From NCBI GenBank assembly GCA_021161905.1, contig JAGGZT010000009.1, positions 11,092 through 75,091 of the forward strand: a stretch of DNA of 64,000 bases, written 5' to 3'. The notes beneath the pieces are model-generated. The model had not been told where the DNA came from. It worked only from the letters and a program-made list of their open reading frames with translations, and searched no databases. Numbering within the stretch: the stretch's first letter is position 1; each line of letters opens with the position of its first letter. Both the position numbers and the translations under genes were made by a program. This DNA comes from Acidobacteriota bacterium. GTDB lineage: Bacteria > Acidobacteriota > B3-B38 > Guanabaribacteriales > JAGGZT01. Below, piece by piece: positions 46,919 through 54,585 of the stretch.

Positions 46919-48079
46919 TTAGGTCAATCGAACCTTTTTCTTCAATAGGTTAGCACACAAGTTTAACATCATAAAAAATATCTTCATTAACCGTAAAGGA
47001 TAAGCAAGAAAAGAGAGTCTTGAATAAAGGGGGACCATCTCCCTCATTATTTCGGGACGAGGAAAGGCGGTTTCCAGAGCGAAATGAAATCGATTTCTAA
47101 AACCCTTTATTGAAAGAAGAAAAAGGAGATCGCCAAAATAGGGAAGAGGTGCAAAAGAAAGAAGCTTCCTATATCCTATCTCCTCGAGGAGATTCAAGGG
47201 TGGTTTCGTTAATGAATGGATTAAATCCTCTGAAATATTGGGGTTCAGATGGGTTTTAATAAAACCCAAGGAGAAGAGGAGGCTCCGGTCCAGATTTAGC
47301 CTTCCTGCTAACTTCCGAAGAACATCTAGGTCTAAATTGCTCAAACGAATTAGCTCGCTCAGATCGACGAACCAAATAAGACGGGAGAACGAATGCCTCT
47401 GGAGATGGGAAGCAAGATAGAGAAATTCATCCTCCGGGGAAAGGTAGAGGGCATAAGGGAAAGGACCCTCTTTAGTCCTTGCTTTCTCCCAAATCTCATT
47501 TATATCGAAGGAGAAGACAAACCTCCTCGCTTTAATCCGGCTCACATTACCGAGCTCTTGATGGATGTCGAGCAGAAGCTCTCCATCGGAAAAAAGATGG
47601 GTGTATCTTCCCACCTGTTCGAACCCGAGCTCGGCAATGATCGAGACTACTCTATCCATATCTCCTTCTCTTATCAAGAGGTCAACATCACCTATTGGGC
47701 GAAGCCCGGGATCAGGATAAAGGGTTCCGATAAGGGCAATGCCTTGTAGGAGAATAAAATCTACACCCTTCTTGGCAAATATCTCTCCTATCTCAGCGAA
47801 AGCTTGTAGGGTAAACTCATTCGTTCGCTTTGTGCGCCAATAAAGCGCTTTTAGGGTATCAACTACCTTTTGAGGTATCCCCTTATCTTTAAGGTTGTGA
47901 TAAAGAAGAGGAGCCACTCCCTCTATTTCTGCCCGCTTCACCAACAGCTCCCAATCAAGCGGGGAGTTTAGAAGCCTCCTCAAATCCCTCTCAAGCTCTG
48001 GGGTTAGCTCAAGGTGGGAACAAGCAAGGATTAAGCTCTCCTCCCTGGAGAGAGATAGAAGATCTCTTTTTATCATCAT
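46919..48079 (-). CDS. PF14907-type (NTP_transf_5) nucleotidyltransferase-family protein
   Basis: GVAPLLYHNL...FILLQGIAL...PIGDVDLLIREGDMDRVVSIIAELGFE is the characteristic uncharacterised-nucleotidyltransferase core. Confidence 0.7.
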   Translation of the reverse strand: MMIKRDLLSLSREESLILACSHLELTPELERDLRRLLNSPLDWELLVKRAEIEGVAPLLYHNLKDKGIPQKVVDTLKALYWRTKRTNEFTLQAFAEIGEIFAKKGVDFILLQGIALIGTLYPDPGLRPIGDVDLLIREGDMDRVVSIIAELGFEQVGRYTHLFSDGELLLDIHQELGNVSRIKARRFVFSFDINEIWEKARTKEGPFPYALYLSPEDEFLYLASHLQRHSFSRLIWFVDLSELIRLSNLDLDVLRKLAGRLNLDRSLLFSLGFIKTHLNPNISEDLIHSLTKPPLNLLEEIGYRKLLSFAPLPYFGDLLFLLSIKGFRNRFHFALETAFPRPEIMREMVPLYSRLSFLAYPLRLMKIFFMMLNLCANLLKKKVRLT

Positions 48080-48103
48080 ATCCTACAGAGAGGTAAAATA
48101 AAA

Positions 48104-48179
48104 TGGTGGGCGGTACTGGACTTGAACCAGTGACCTTTGGCTTGTCGAGCCAACGCTCTCCCAACTGAGCTAACCGCCC
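48104..48179 (-). tRNA. tRNA-Val (anticodon GAC), CCA encoded
   Basis: The minus strand is GGGCGGTTAGCTCAGTTGGGAGAGCGTTGGCTCGACAAGCCAAAGGTCACTGGTTCAAGTCCAGTACCGCCCACCA. It folds as a 76-nt cloverleaf. The acceptor is GGGCGGT/ACCGCCC and the D arm GCTC/GAGC. The anticodon stem is TTGGC/GCCAA with loop TCGACAA. The T arm is ACTGG/CCAGT with TTCAAGT. Confidence 0.9.
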
Positions 48180-48193
48180 ACACTCTCTTTTGG

Positions 48194-48223
48194 ATTATAG
48201 GGAGAAGGGCGCTCTTTTGTCAA
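48194..48223 (-). promoter_or_regulatory. near-consensus sigma70 promoter for tRNA-Val (and possibly the downstream operon)
   Basis: The minus strand reads TTGACA, an 18-nt spacer, then TATAAT. The -10 hexamer ends 14 nt before the tRNA 5' end. Confidence 0.6.
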
Positions 48224-48262
48224 GGATATTTCGATAGGCGATGATTGAGGAGAAGATGTAGG

Positions 48263-48292
48263 TTGACAACCGAATTATTCCTTTGCTAATAT
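48263..48292 (+). promoter_or_regulatory. sigma70-like promoter for thrS operon
   Basis: TTGACA (48263-48268), an 18-nt spacer, then TAATAT (48287-48292). This implies the thrS start is ATG 48333 rather than 48291. Confidence 0.5.
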
Positions 48293-48332
48293 GGGTGGGC
48301 TTTTTATTTGGTTCGTTAAAGAGAAGACGGAA

Positions 48333-50261
48333 ATGGAAGAGATAAAGATAGAACTTAGCGGGGGCAAAGAAATAACCGTTTCCAAAGGAACCACCCTTAA
48401 GGAGGTCGCCTCCTTAGTCGGAATTGTGGATGCTATCGCAGCGAAGAGCGGAGAAGGGAGGTTGATCGATTTGTCCTCCTCGTTAACTACCAGCGCCCGA
48501 GTGGAGTTCATCACCCCCTCTTCACCGGAGGCAGTGGAGATACTTCGCCATTCTGCTGCCCATGTGCTTGCCCAAGCGGTTTGTGAGCTGTTCCCTGGAG
48601 TAAAGGTAGGCATTGGACCCGCCATCGAGGACGGTTTCTATTACGACTTCTTGAAAGATACCCCCTTCACCCAGGAAGATTTGAAGAGGATAGAGAAGCG
48701 AATGAGGGAGATAATCTCCGCAGACATTCCCATAAGGAGAAAGGAGCTTACCAAGGAAGAAGCAATAAAGCTATTCTCAGATATGGGACAGGATCTCAAG
48801 GTAGAGCTCATCGAGGAAAGAGGCGGCGAGGTGGTAAGCGTCTATGAACAGGGAGGGTTCATAGATTTCTGTCGCGGACCCCATCTCCCCTCGACCGGAT
48901 TTATCAAGGCGGTAAAGGTGCTCAAATCCTCAGGCGCATATTGGAAGGGAGATGAGCGGAACCCAATGCTTCAAAGGATCTACGGCACCGCTTTCTTTTC
49001 GGAAGAGGAGCTCGAAGAATACTTAAATAAGGTTGAAGAGGCAAAAAAAAGAGATCACCGCCTTTTAGGCAAAGAGCTCGAGCTCTTCTCCATCCCAGAG
49101 GAAGGCGGTCCTGGTCTGGTATACTGGCATCCCAGAGGGGCGATGATCTACCAGATCATCGAGGATTTCTGGAAGAAGGAGCATCTCGCCCGAGGGTATA
49201 AGCTCGTCAAAACCCCCCATATTGCTCGAGCAGATCTCTGGAAGGCTTCAGGCCATTATGAATTTTACCGTGAGTTTATGTATACCCTTTCTATCGAGGA
49301 CGAGGAATATGTGCTCAAACCGATGAATTGTCCTCTCCACATCCTTATCTATAAATCAAAGCGGAGAAGCTACCGCGAACTTCCCATCCGGTTTGCGGAG
49401 ATGGGCACAGTGTATCGCTACGAGCGTTCTGGCGTCCTCCACGGTACTCTCCGGGTGCGAGGATTCACTCAGGATGATGCCCATATTTTCTGTACCCCAG
49501 AGCAACTTCCGGAGGAGATCTTGGGTGTCCTTGATTTAGCCAATCATATCCTCTCAACCTTCGGTTTTGATAGGTTTGATGTCGAACTTTCGGTGAGAGA
49601 CCCAGCCAAAAAGGAAAAATACGCGGGAAGTGATGACGAATGGCTGCAGGCGGAGAATGCTCTCGAGCAAGCCCTAAAAAAACGGGGAATCTCCTACCGC
49701 CGGATGGAGGGAGAGGCGGTATTTTACGGTCCCAAAATAGATATTAAGTTGATCGATTCTTTGGGGAGAGGATGGCAGGCAACTACCATCCAGTTCGATT
49801 TTAATCTCCCTCGTCGGTTAGGGGTTTATTACATCGGTTCCGATTCTAAAGAGCATCCGGTATTTATGGTTCATAGGGCGATACTCGGTTCGCTTGAGCG
49901 GTTTATCGGCACCCTGATAGAGCATTATAAGGGTGCTTTCCCCGTGTGGCTTTCGCCGGTTCAAATAATTGTCATTCCAATCGCGGATCGGCACCACCCT
50001 TATGCCCGCAAGGTAGCCGAGGTCCTCAAGAAGGAGGGCCTAAGGGTGGAGATTGATGATCGCTCGGAAAAGGTAGGTTATAAGATCCGGGAGGCACAGC
50101 TTGCTAAGATACCCTTTATGCTGATTCTGGGGGATAAAGAGGAGGCTGAGGGAAATGTGGCGGTGAGAAACAGGTTGAAGGGAGATATTGGCAGATTTAG
50201 CTTGGAGGTTTTCATCTCCGAGATAAAAGACCTTATTGACAAGAAGGCTCTGACTCCCTAA
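48333..50261 (+). CDS. thrS: threonyl-tRNA synthetase
   Basis: TGS-like N-terminus (IKIELSGGKEITVSKGTTLKEVA), editing motif HSAAHVLAQA, class II core (YRYERSGVLHGTLRVRGFTQDDAHIF) and an anticodon-binding C-terminus. Start chosen downstream of the predicted promoter. Confidence 0.95.
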   Translation: MEEIKIELSGGKEITVSKGTTLKEVASLVGIVDAIAAKSGEGRLIDLSSSLTTSARVEFITPSSPEAVEILRHSAAHVLAQAVCELFPGVKVGIGPAIEDGFYYDFLKDTPFTQEDLKRIEKRMREIISADIPIRRKELTKEEAIKLFSDMGQDLKVELIEERGGEVVSVYEQGGFIDFCRGPHLPSTGFIKAVKVLKSSGAYWKGDERNPMLQRIYGTAFFSEEELEEYLNKVEEAKKRDHRLLGKELELFSIPEEGGPGLVYWHPRGAMIYQIIEDFWKKEHLARGYKLVKTPHIARADLWKASGHYEFYREFMYTLSIEDEEYVLKPMNCPLHILIYKSKRRSYRELPIRFAEMGTVYRYERSGVLHGTLRVRGFTQDDAHIFCTPEQLPEEILGVLDLANHILSTFGFDRFDVELSVRDPAKKEKYAGSDDEWLQAENALEQALKKRGISYRRMEGEAVFYGPKIDIKLIDSLGRGWQATTIQFDFNLPRRLGVYYIGSDSKEHPVFMVHRAILGSLERFIGTLIEHYKGAFPVWLSPVQIIVIPIADRHHPYARKVAEVLKKEGLRVEIDDRSEKVGYKIREAQLAKIPFMLILGDKEEAEGNVAVRNRLKGDIGRFSLEVFISEIKDLIDKKALTP

Positions 50262-50285
50262 ACTAAAAAGGGGAGGTGATTGCAT

Positions 50286-50801
50286 ATTCAACATCGAGAT
50301 TTAAGGATTAATCATCAGATAAGGGCAAAAGAAGTAAGAGTAGTAGACGAGTCAGGTAAGCAGATAGGGATAATGCCTATTGAGGAAGCGAGAGCGCGGG
50401 CAGAAGAAGCAGGGCTTGATTTAGTGGAAATAGCGCCAAATGCAGATCCCCCTGTTTGCAAGATAATAGATTACGGGAAATTTAAGTACCAACTAAGCAA
50501 AAAAGCACAGGAGGCGCGAAAGAATCAGAAAACGACACAGCTTAAGGAGATAAAATTCCGCCCTAAGATAGATGAGCATGACTATCAGTTTAAGAAGAAC
50601 CATATAATAAGGTTTCTCACTGCTGGTCATATGGTAAAGGTTACCGTGATGTTTCGAGGAAGGGAGATGGTTCATACCGAGATGGGGAGGAGGATTTTGG
50701 ATCGGCTCATCGTGGATTTAGAAGAATTGGCTCGGGTGGAGCGGGAACCGAAGTTGGAAGGAAGAAATATGTCGATGATCTTCGCTCCTAAAAAGAAATA
50801 A
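50286..50801 (+). CDS. infC: translation initiation factor IF-3
   Basis: INHQIRAKEVRVVDESGKQIGIMPIEEA...KEIKFRPKIDEHDY. The likely ATT start at 50286 lies 9 nt after GGAGG. The track's TTG 50280 is only 3 nt after the SD. Confidence 0.9.
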   Translation: MQHRDLRINHQIRAKEVRVVDESGKQIGIMPIEEARARAEEAGLDLVEIAPNADPPVCKIIDYGKFKYQLSKKAQEARKNQKTTQLKEIKFRPKIDEHDYQFKKNHIIRFLTAGHMVKVTVMFRGREMVHTEMGRRILDRLIVDLEELARVEREPKLEGRNMSMIFAPKKK

Positions 50802-50802
50802 T

Positions 50803-50854
50803 CCTTTTCCCCAAGAAACAACCGTTTTCTTGAAGGGGAAAAAGGTTTTTTTTT
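50803..50854 (+). terminator. intrinsic terminator/attenuator-like hairpin between infC and rpmI
   Basis: CCTTTTCCCCAAGAAA, a 7-nt loop, then TTTCTTG(AA)GGGGAAAAAGG. This imperfect stem of about 20 bp is followed by nine T residues. Confidence 0.55.
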
Positions 50855-50879
50855 GAAAAAGTGAAAGGGAGATGAACTA

Positions 50880-51080
50880 ATGCCTAAGATGAAAACACAA
50901 AGAGGGGCGGCAAAGCGATTTAGGTTCACCGCCCGGGGTAAGGTGGTGCGGAATAAGGCTTATGACAGCCATCTTCTCACCAAGAAGAGCGCTAAGAGGA
51001 AAAGAAATTTAGGTAAGAAAGAGATAATCACTACCCCTGGGGAGGTAAAACGGGTAAGAAAGATGCTCCCCTATGGGTAG
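50880..51080 (+). CDS. rpmI: 50S ribosomal protein L35
   Basis: [22 protein letters not shown]... Confidence 0.95.
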   Translation: MPKMKTQRGAAKRFRFTARGKVVRNKAYDSHLLTKKSAKRKRNLGKKEIITTPGEVKRVRKMLPYG

Positions 51081-51118
51081 CTATTGGGAAGCCGTCTAAA
51101 TGGATATGAGGTGCCAGG

Positions 51119-51475
51119 ATGCCGAGGGTAAAAAGAGGAAGTAACCATCTTAAAAGAAGAAAGAAGATCCTAAAGCTCGCCAAGGGTTATTACGGAGCAA
51201 AGAGCAAGCTCTACCGGACGGCGGCTGAGGCAGTAGATCGCGCCTTGGCCTATGCTTATCGCGACAGACGGGTAAAAAAGCGCGATTTCCGCAAACTCTG
51301 GATAGTGAGGATAAACGCTGCTTGTAGGACCAATGATCTGAGTTATTCCCGATTCATCTGTGGCCTCAAGAAGGCGGGGGTAACTCTCGATCGAAAGGTC
51401 TTGGCTGATATGGCGGTATCCGATCCTGATGGGTTTAGCCGTTTGGTAGAAGTAGCGAAAAACGCCCTTTCCTGA
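51119..51475 (+). CDS. rplT: 50S ribosomal protein L20
   Basis: [33 protein letters not shown]... Confidence 0.96.
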   Translation: MPRVKRGSNHLKRRKKILKLAKGYYGAKSKLYRTAAEAVDRALAYAYRDRRVKKRDFRKLWIVRINAACRTNDLSYSRFICGLKKAGVTLDRKVLADMAVSDPDGFSRLVEVAKNALS

Positions 51476-51482
51476 GCCAAGG

Positions 51483-52520
51483 GTGATAAAGGTGCGCGAA
51501 AGGATCGTCAGGATAAAGGAGGAGTTCATTCAGGAGACGAGCTCGGAATCTGCCCCTCTCAAAGTGGAGGAGCTAACTGCTAAATATTTAGGGAGAAAAC
51601 GAGGGGTGATAACCGAGCTTATAAAGGAGCTTTCAAAGCTGCCAAAAGAACTCCGTCCGGAGATGGGGAGAGCGATAAATGAACTCAAGCGATTTGCCGA
51701 GGATAAACTCGCTGAACTTGAGGTTAAGAAAAAGGAACTCATAAGGAAAAAAGAAGAGAGGGAAAGGAGAATAGACATCACCCTTCCCGGAAGGATACCA
51801 GAAGTAGGAAAAGCCCACCCTATAATGGTTATTAAAGAGAAGATAGAGCGTATCTTCCTCGATATCGGTTACACCATAGAGGAGGGTCCGGAGATAGAGA
51901 CCGATTATTATAATTTCGAAGCCTTGAATATGCCTCCAGAGCATCCAGCACGGGATAGCTGGAGCACCTTCTTCATCACCGGAAAAACTATGCTCCGAAG
52001 CCACACCTCCCCTGTTCAGATACGGACGATGGAAAGGAAAAAACCTCCTATCAGGATAATAATACCAGGAAGGGTGTATCGTCCTGACTGGGACATCCGT
52101 CATACCCCGATGTTCTATCAACTGGAAGGCTTGGTGGTAGATGAAGGTATAACCTTTGCCGACTTCAAGGGTACGATGGAATACTTCCTAAAGAGGCTCT
52201 TTGGGGAGAAAACGAGGACCAGGTTCCGCCCCAGTTTTTTCCCCTTTACCGAACCCTCAGCAGAGGTGGATATCGCTTGCTTCTCCTGTAACGGTAGTGG
52301 CTGTCGCCTCTGTGGTGGAAGCGGTTGGATCGAGATCCTCGGCTCGGGGATGGTCGATCCCTTCCTCTTTGAGAAGGTGGGCTACGATCCAGAGCGATAC
52401 ACTGGATTTGCCTGGGGAATGGGGCTCGATAGGATAACCCTCCTTTTGTATGGTATTGAGGATACGAGACTGTTTTACGAAAACGATCTAAGATTAATAT
52501 CGCAATTTCCCGACTACTAA
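51483..52520 (+). CDS. pheS: phenylalanyl-tRNA synthetase alpha subunit
   Basis: GTG start. HPARDSWSTFF, LRSHTSPVQIR, FRPSFFPFTEPSAEVD and GMGLDRI. Confidence 0.95.
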   Translation: MIKVRERIVRIKEEFIQETSSESAPLKVEELTAKYLGRKRGVITELIKELSKLPKELRPEMGRAINELKRFAEDKLAELEVKKKELIRKKEERERRIDITLPGRIPEVGKAHPIMVIKEKIERIFLDIGYTIEEGPEIETDYYNFEALNMPPEHPARDSWSTFFITGKTMLRSHTSPVQIRTMERKKPPIRIIIPGRVYRPDWDIRHTPMFYQLEGLVVDEGITFADFKGTMEYFLKRLFGEKTRTRFRPSFFPFTEPSAEVDIACFSCNGSGCRLCGGSGWIEILGSGMVDPFLFEKVGYDPERYTGFAWGMGLDRITLLLYGIEDTRLFYENDLRLISQFPDY

Positions 52521-52521
52521 G

Positions 52522-54585
52522 ATGAAGGCATCATTAAACTGGCTTAAGGACTACATCAAGATAGAAATCGAACCGAGCCAACTCGCCGAGCGGTTAAGTA
52601 TGATAGGGCTGGCGGTGGATGCGGTAGAGCGCGTTGGCGATGACTACATCTTCGAGATAGATGTAACCACCAACAGACCAGACTGCCTCAACCATATCGG
52701 GATCGCTCGGGAGTTATCCGCCCTTACTGGCAAGGAACTTACCCTACCCTCCACAAGTTACCGGGAAGTGGGATCACCCATCGAGGAGGATGTCTCGGTT
52801 GAGATCGCCTATCCTGAGGGATGCTTTCGTTACTCTGCCCGTTTAGTTCGTGGGGTAAAGGTAGGACCTTCCCCTTCGTTCATCAGGGAAAGACTTCAAG
52901 CAGTGGGACTTCGTCCAGTAAACAATGTGGTAGATATAACCAACTATGTCCTCCTTGAATTGGGCCATCCCCTCCATCCGTTTGATCTCGCTAAGGTTAA
53001 AGAAGGACGCATCATTGTTCGTCGAGCAAAGAAGAAAGAAACGATCATCACTCTGGATGGAGTTGAACGCACTCTTCCTGAGGGAACTGTGGTCATCGCT
53101 GATCCAGAAAAAGCTATAGCTATCGGGGGTATTATGGGGGGGGCAAACAGCGAGATTACTGAAGGGACCACCGATGTCCTCATTGAGAGTGCTTATTTTG
53201 ATTCCATTTTAGTCAGGCGTGCAACTCAGAGATTGGGACTTTCCACTGAAGCCTCTTATCGCTTCGAACGGGGAGCAGATCCAGAGATAACCCTCAAGGC
53301 TCTTGATAGGGTCTGCGCTCTGCTCGAAAAATACGCTGGGGGTGAGGTGGCCCCTGGTTTCATCGATGTTTATCCTCAAAAAGCAAAAGAGAAGGAAACG
53401 ATAATCCGATTGCCCCGCTTGAATAGCTTCCTTGGGATAGAAATTCCTGAATCTTTCGTGGTCTCCGTTCTTGAACGTTTGGGCTTCAAGCTTCAGAAGA
53501 AAGAGACGGGTGTTTATCAAGTGAGGATCCCCAGCTTTCGGGTGGATGTTTTTCGCGAAGTGGACCTCTTCGAGGAAGTGACCAGATTTTACGGATATGA
53601 TCGAATCCCCTCCCGGATGCCCTCATTTACTGGAGAAGAGGTAACCACAAACATAAAGTATGAACGAGAGAGATTAATAAGAAGATTACTCCTTGGAGCA
53701 GGTTATTACGAGGTTATGACCTACAGCTTCATTGCTCCCGATGAGAATAGACTCTTCAGCTTCCATCCGGAGAGGGAGCTTCGGATCCAAAACCCCATCT
53801 CCGAAAATATGGCAGTGATGCGGGGCAGCATGCTACCGGGGCTCTTAAATACTCTCCGCTACAACCTCGCCCGAGGAAAAAGAAACATCCGCCTATTCGA
53901 ATTGGGAAGGGTCTTCTTCGAAAGAGAGAAAGGAGAGCTACCTGAAGAACGGGAAACCTTGGGGTTAGCCATAACCGGCTTGACCGGAGAAAAATTTTGG
54001 AAGGATAAAGAACGGGAGGTCGACTTTTTCGACATCAAGGGGATCGTTGAGCTTATCTTCAACCGGTTGACCTTTAAAGATATCCGTTTTATCGCCAAGG
54101 AGATCCCTTTCCTCCATAAAGGCCAATCAGGGGTAATCCTGTTTGAAGGGGAGGAAATAGGAAGAACAGGCTTACTCAAGCCGGAGATCGCCGAGAGATA
54201 TGAAATACCTCCTGCAACCTTTGTGGCAGAGTTTTATCTCGATACGATCTACCAACTCCCCCCACTCGAAGTAAGATACAAACCGCTTCCTAAGTTCCCT
54301 TCGGTGAGGAGAGATATTTCGCTCATATTCTCCGAGGGGGTTAGCTATGAGATGATAGTCTCCACTATTTCTTCCCTGTCTATTCCCATCCTCACTCAGC
54401 TTCGGGTGATCGATCTCTATCGGGGTAAAGGCATCCCCGAAGGGGCGAAAAGTATAACTTTAAGCCTCTACTATCAGCATAAGGAACGCACCCTTACGGA
54501 AAAAGAGGTAGAAGAGGCGAATCAACGGATAATATCCCACCTCGAGAAAGAGCTTGGAGCAAAACTCCGCTTTAGCGATGGGTAA
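52522..54585 (+). CDS. pheT: phenylalanyl-tRNA synthetase beta subunit (short form lacking the B2 OB-fold domain)
   Basis: MKASLNWLKDYI... B1, then directly FEIDVTTNRPDCLNHIGIAREL. B3/4, B5 and C-terminal FDX-ACB (SITLSLYYQHKERTLTEKEV) are present. Confidence 0.93.
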   Translation: MKASLNWLKDYIKIEIEPSQLAERLSMIGLAVDAVERVGDDYIFEIDVTTNRPDCLNHIGIARELSALTGKELTLPSTSYREVGSPIEEDVSVEIAYPEGCFRYSARLVRGVKVGPSPSFIRERLQAVGLRPVNNVVDITNYVLLELGHPLHPFDLAKVKEGRIIVRRAKKKETIITLDGVERTLPEGTVVIADPEKAIAIGGIMGGANSEITEGTTDVLIESAYFDSILVRRATQRLGLSTEASYRFERGADPEITLKALDRVCALLEKYAGGEVAPGFIDVYPQKAKEKETIIRLPRLNSFLGIEIPESFVVSVLERLGFKLQKKETGVYQVRIPSFRVDVFREVDLFEEVTRFYGYDRIPSRMPSFTGEEVTTNIKYERERLIRRLLLGAGYYEVMTYSFIAPDENRLFSFHPERELRIQNPISENMAVMRGSMLPGLLNTLRYNLARGKRNIRLFELGRVFFEREKGELPEERETLGLAITGLTGEKFWKDKEREVDFFDIKGIVELIFNRLTFKDIRFIAKEIPFLHKGQSGVILFEGEEIGRTGLLKPEIAERYEIPPATFVAEFYLDTIYQLPPLEVRYKPLPKFPSVRRDISLIFSEGVSYEMIVSTISSLSIPILTQLRVIDLYRGKGIPEGAKSITLSLYYQHKERTLTEKEVEEANQRIISHLEKELGAKLRFSDG

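Noticed and set aside
42557-48079. Reading the kinase/PqqD/nucleotidyltransferase cluster as a lasso peptide cluster.
   Set aside because: No asparagine-synthetase-like lasso cyclase and no transglutaminase-like B2 protease are present. The candidate core has no Asp/Glu at positions 7-9 to close a macrolactam. Two radical SAM enzymes are present instead.
42557-48179. tRNA-Val-adjacent genomic island or integrated mobile element.
   Set aside because: No integrase, recombinase or transposase ORF is present, and I saw no direct repeat of the tRNA 3' half at the far boundary. My visual repeat search is not exhaustive, and codon style looks similar to the flanks. I left this only as a check under the tRNA/operon finding.
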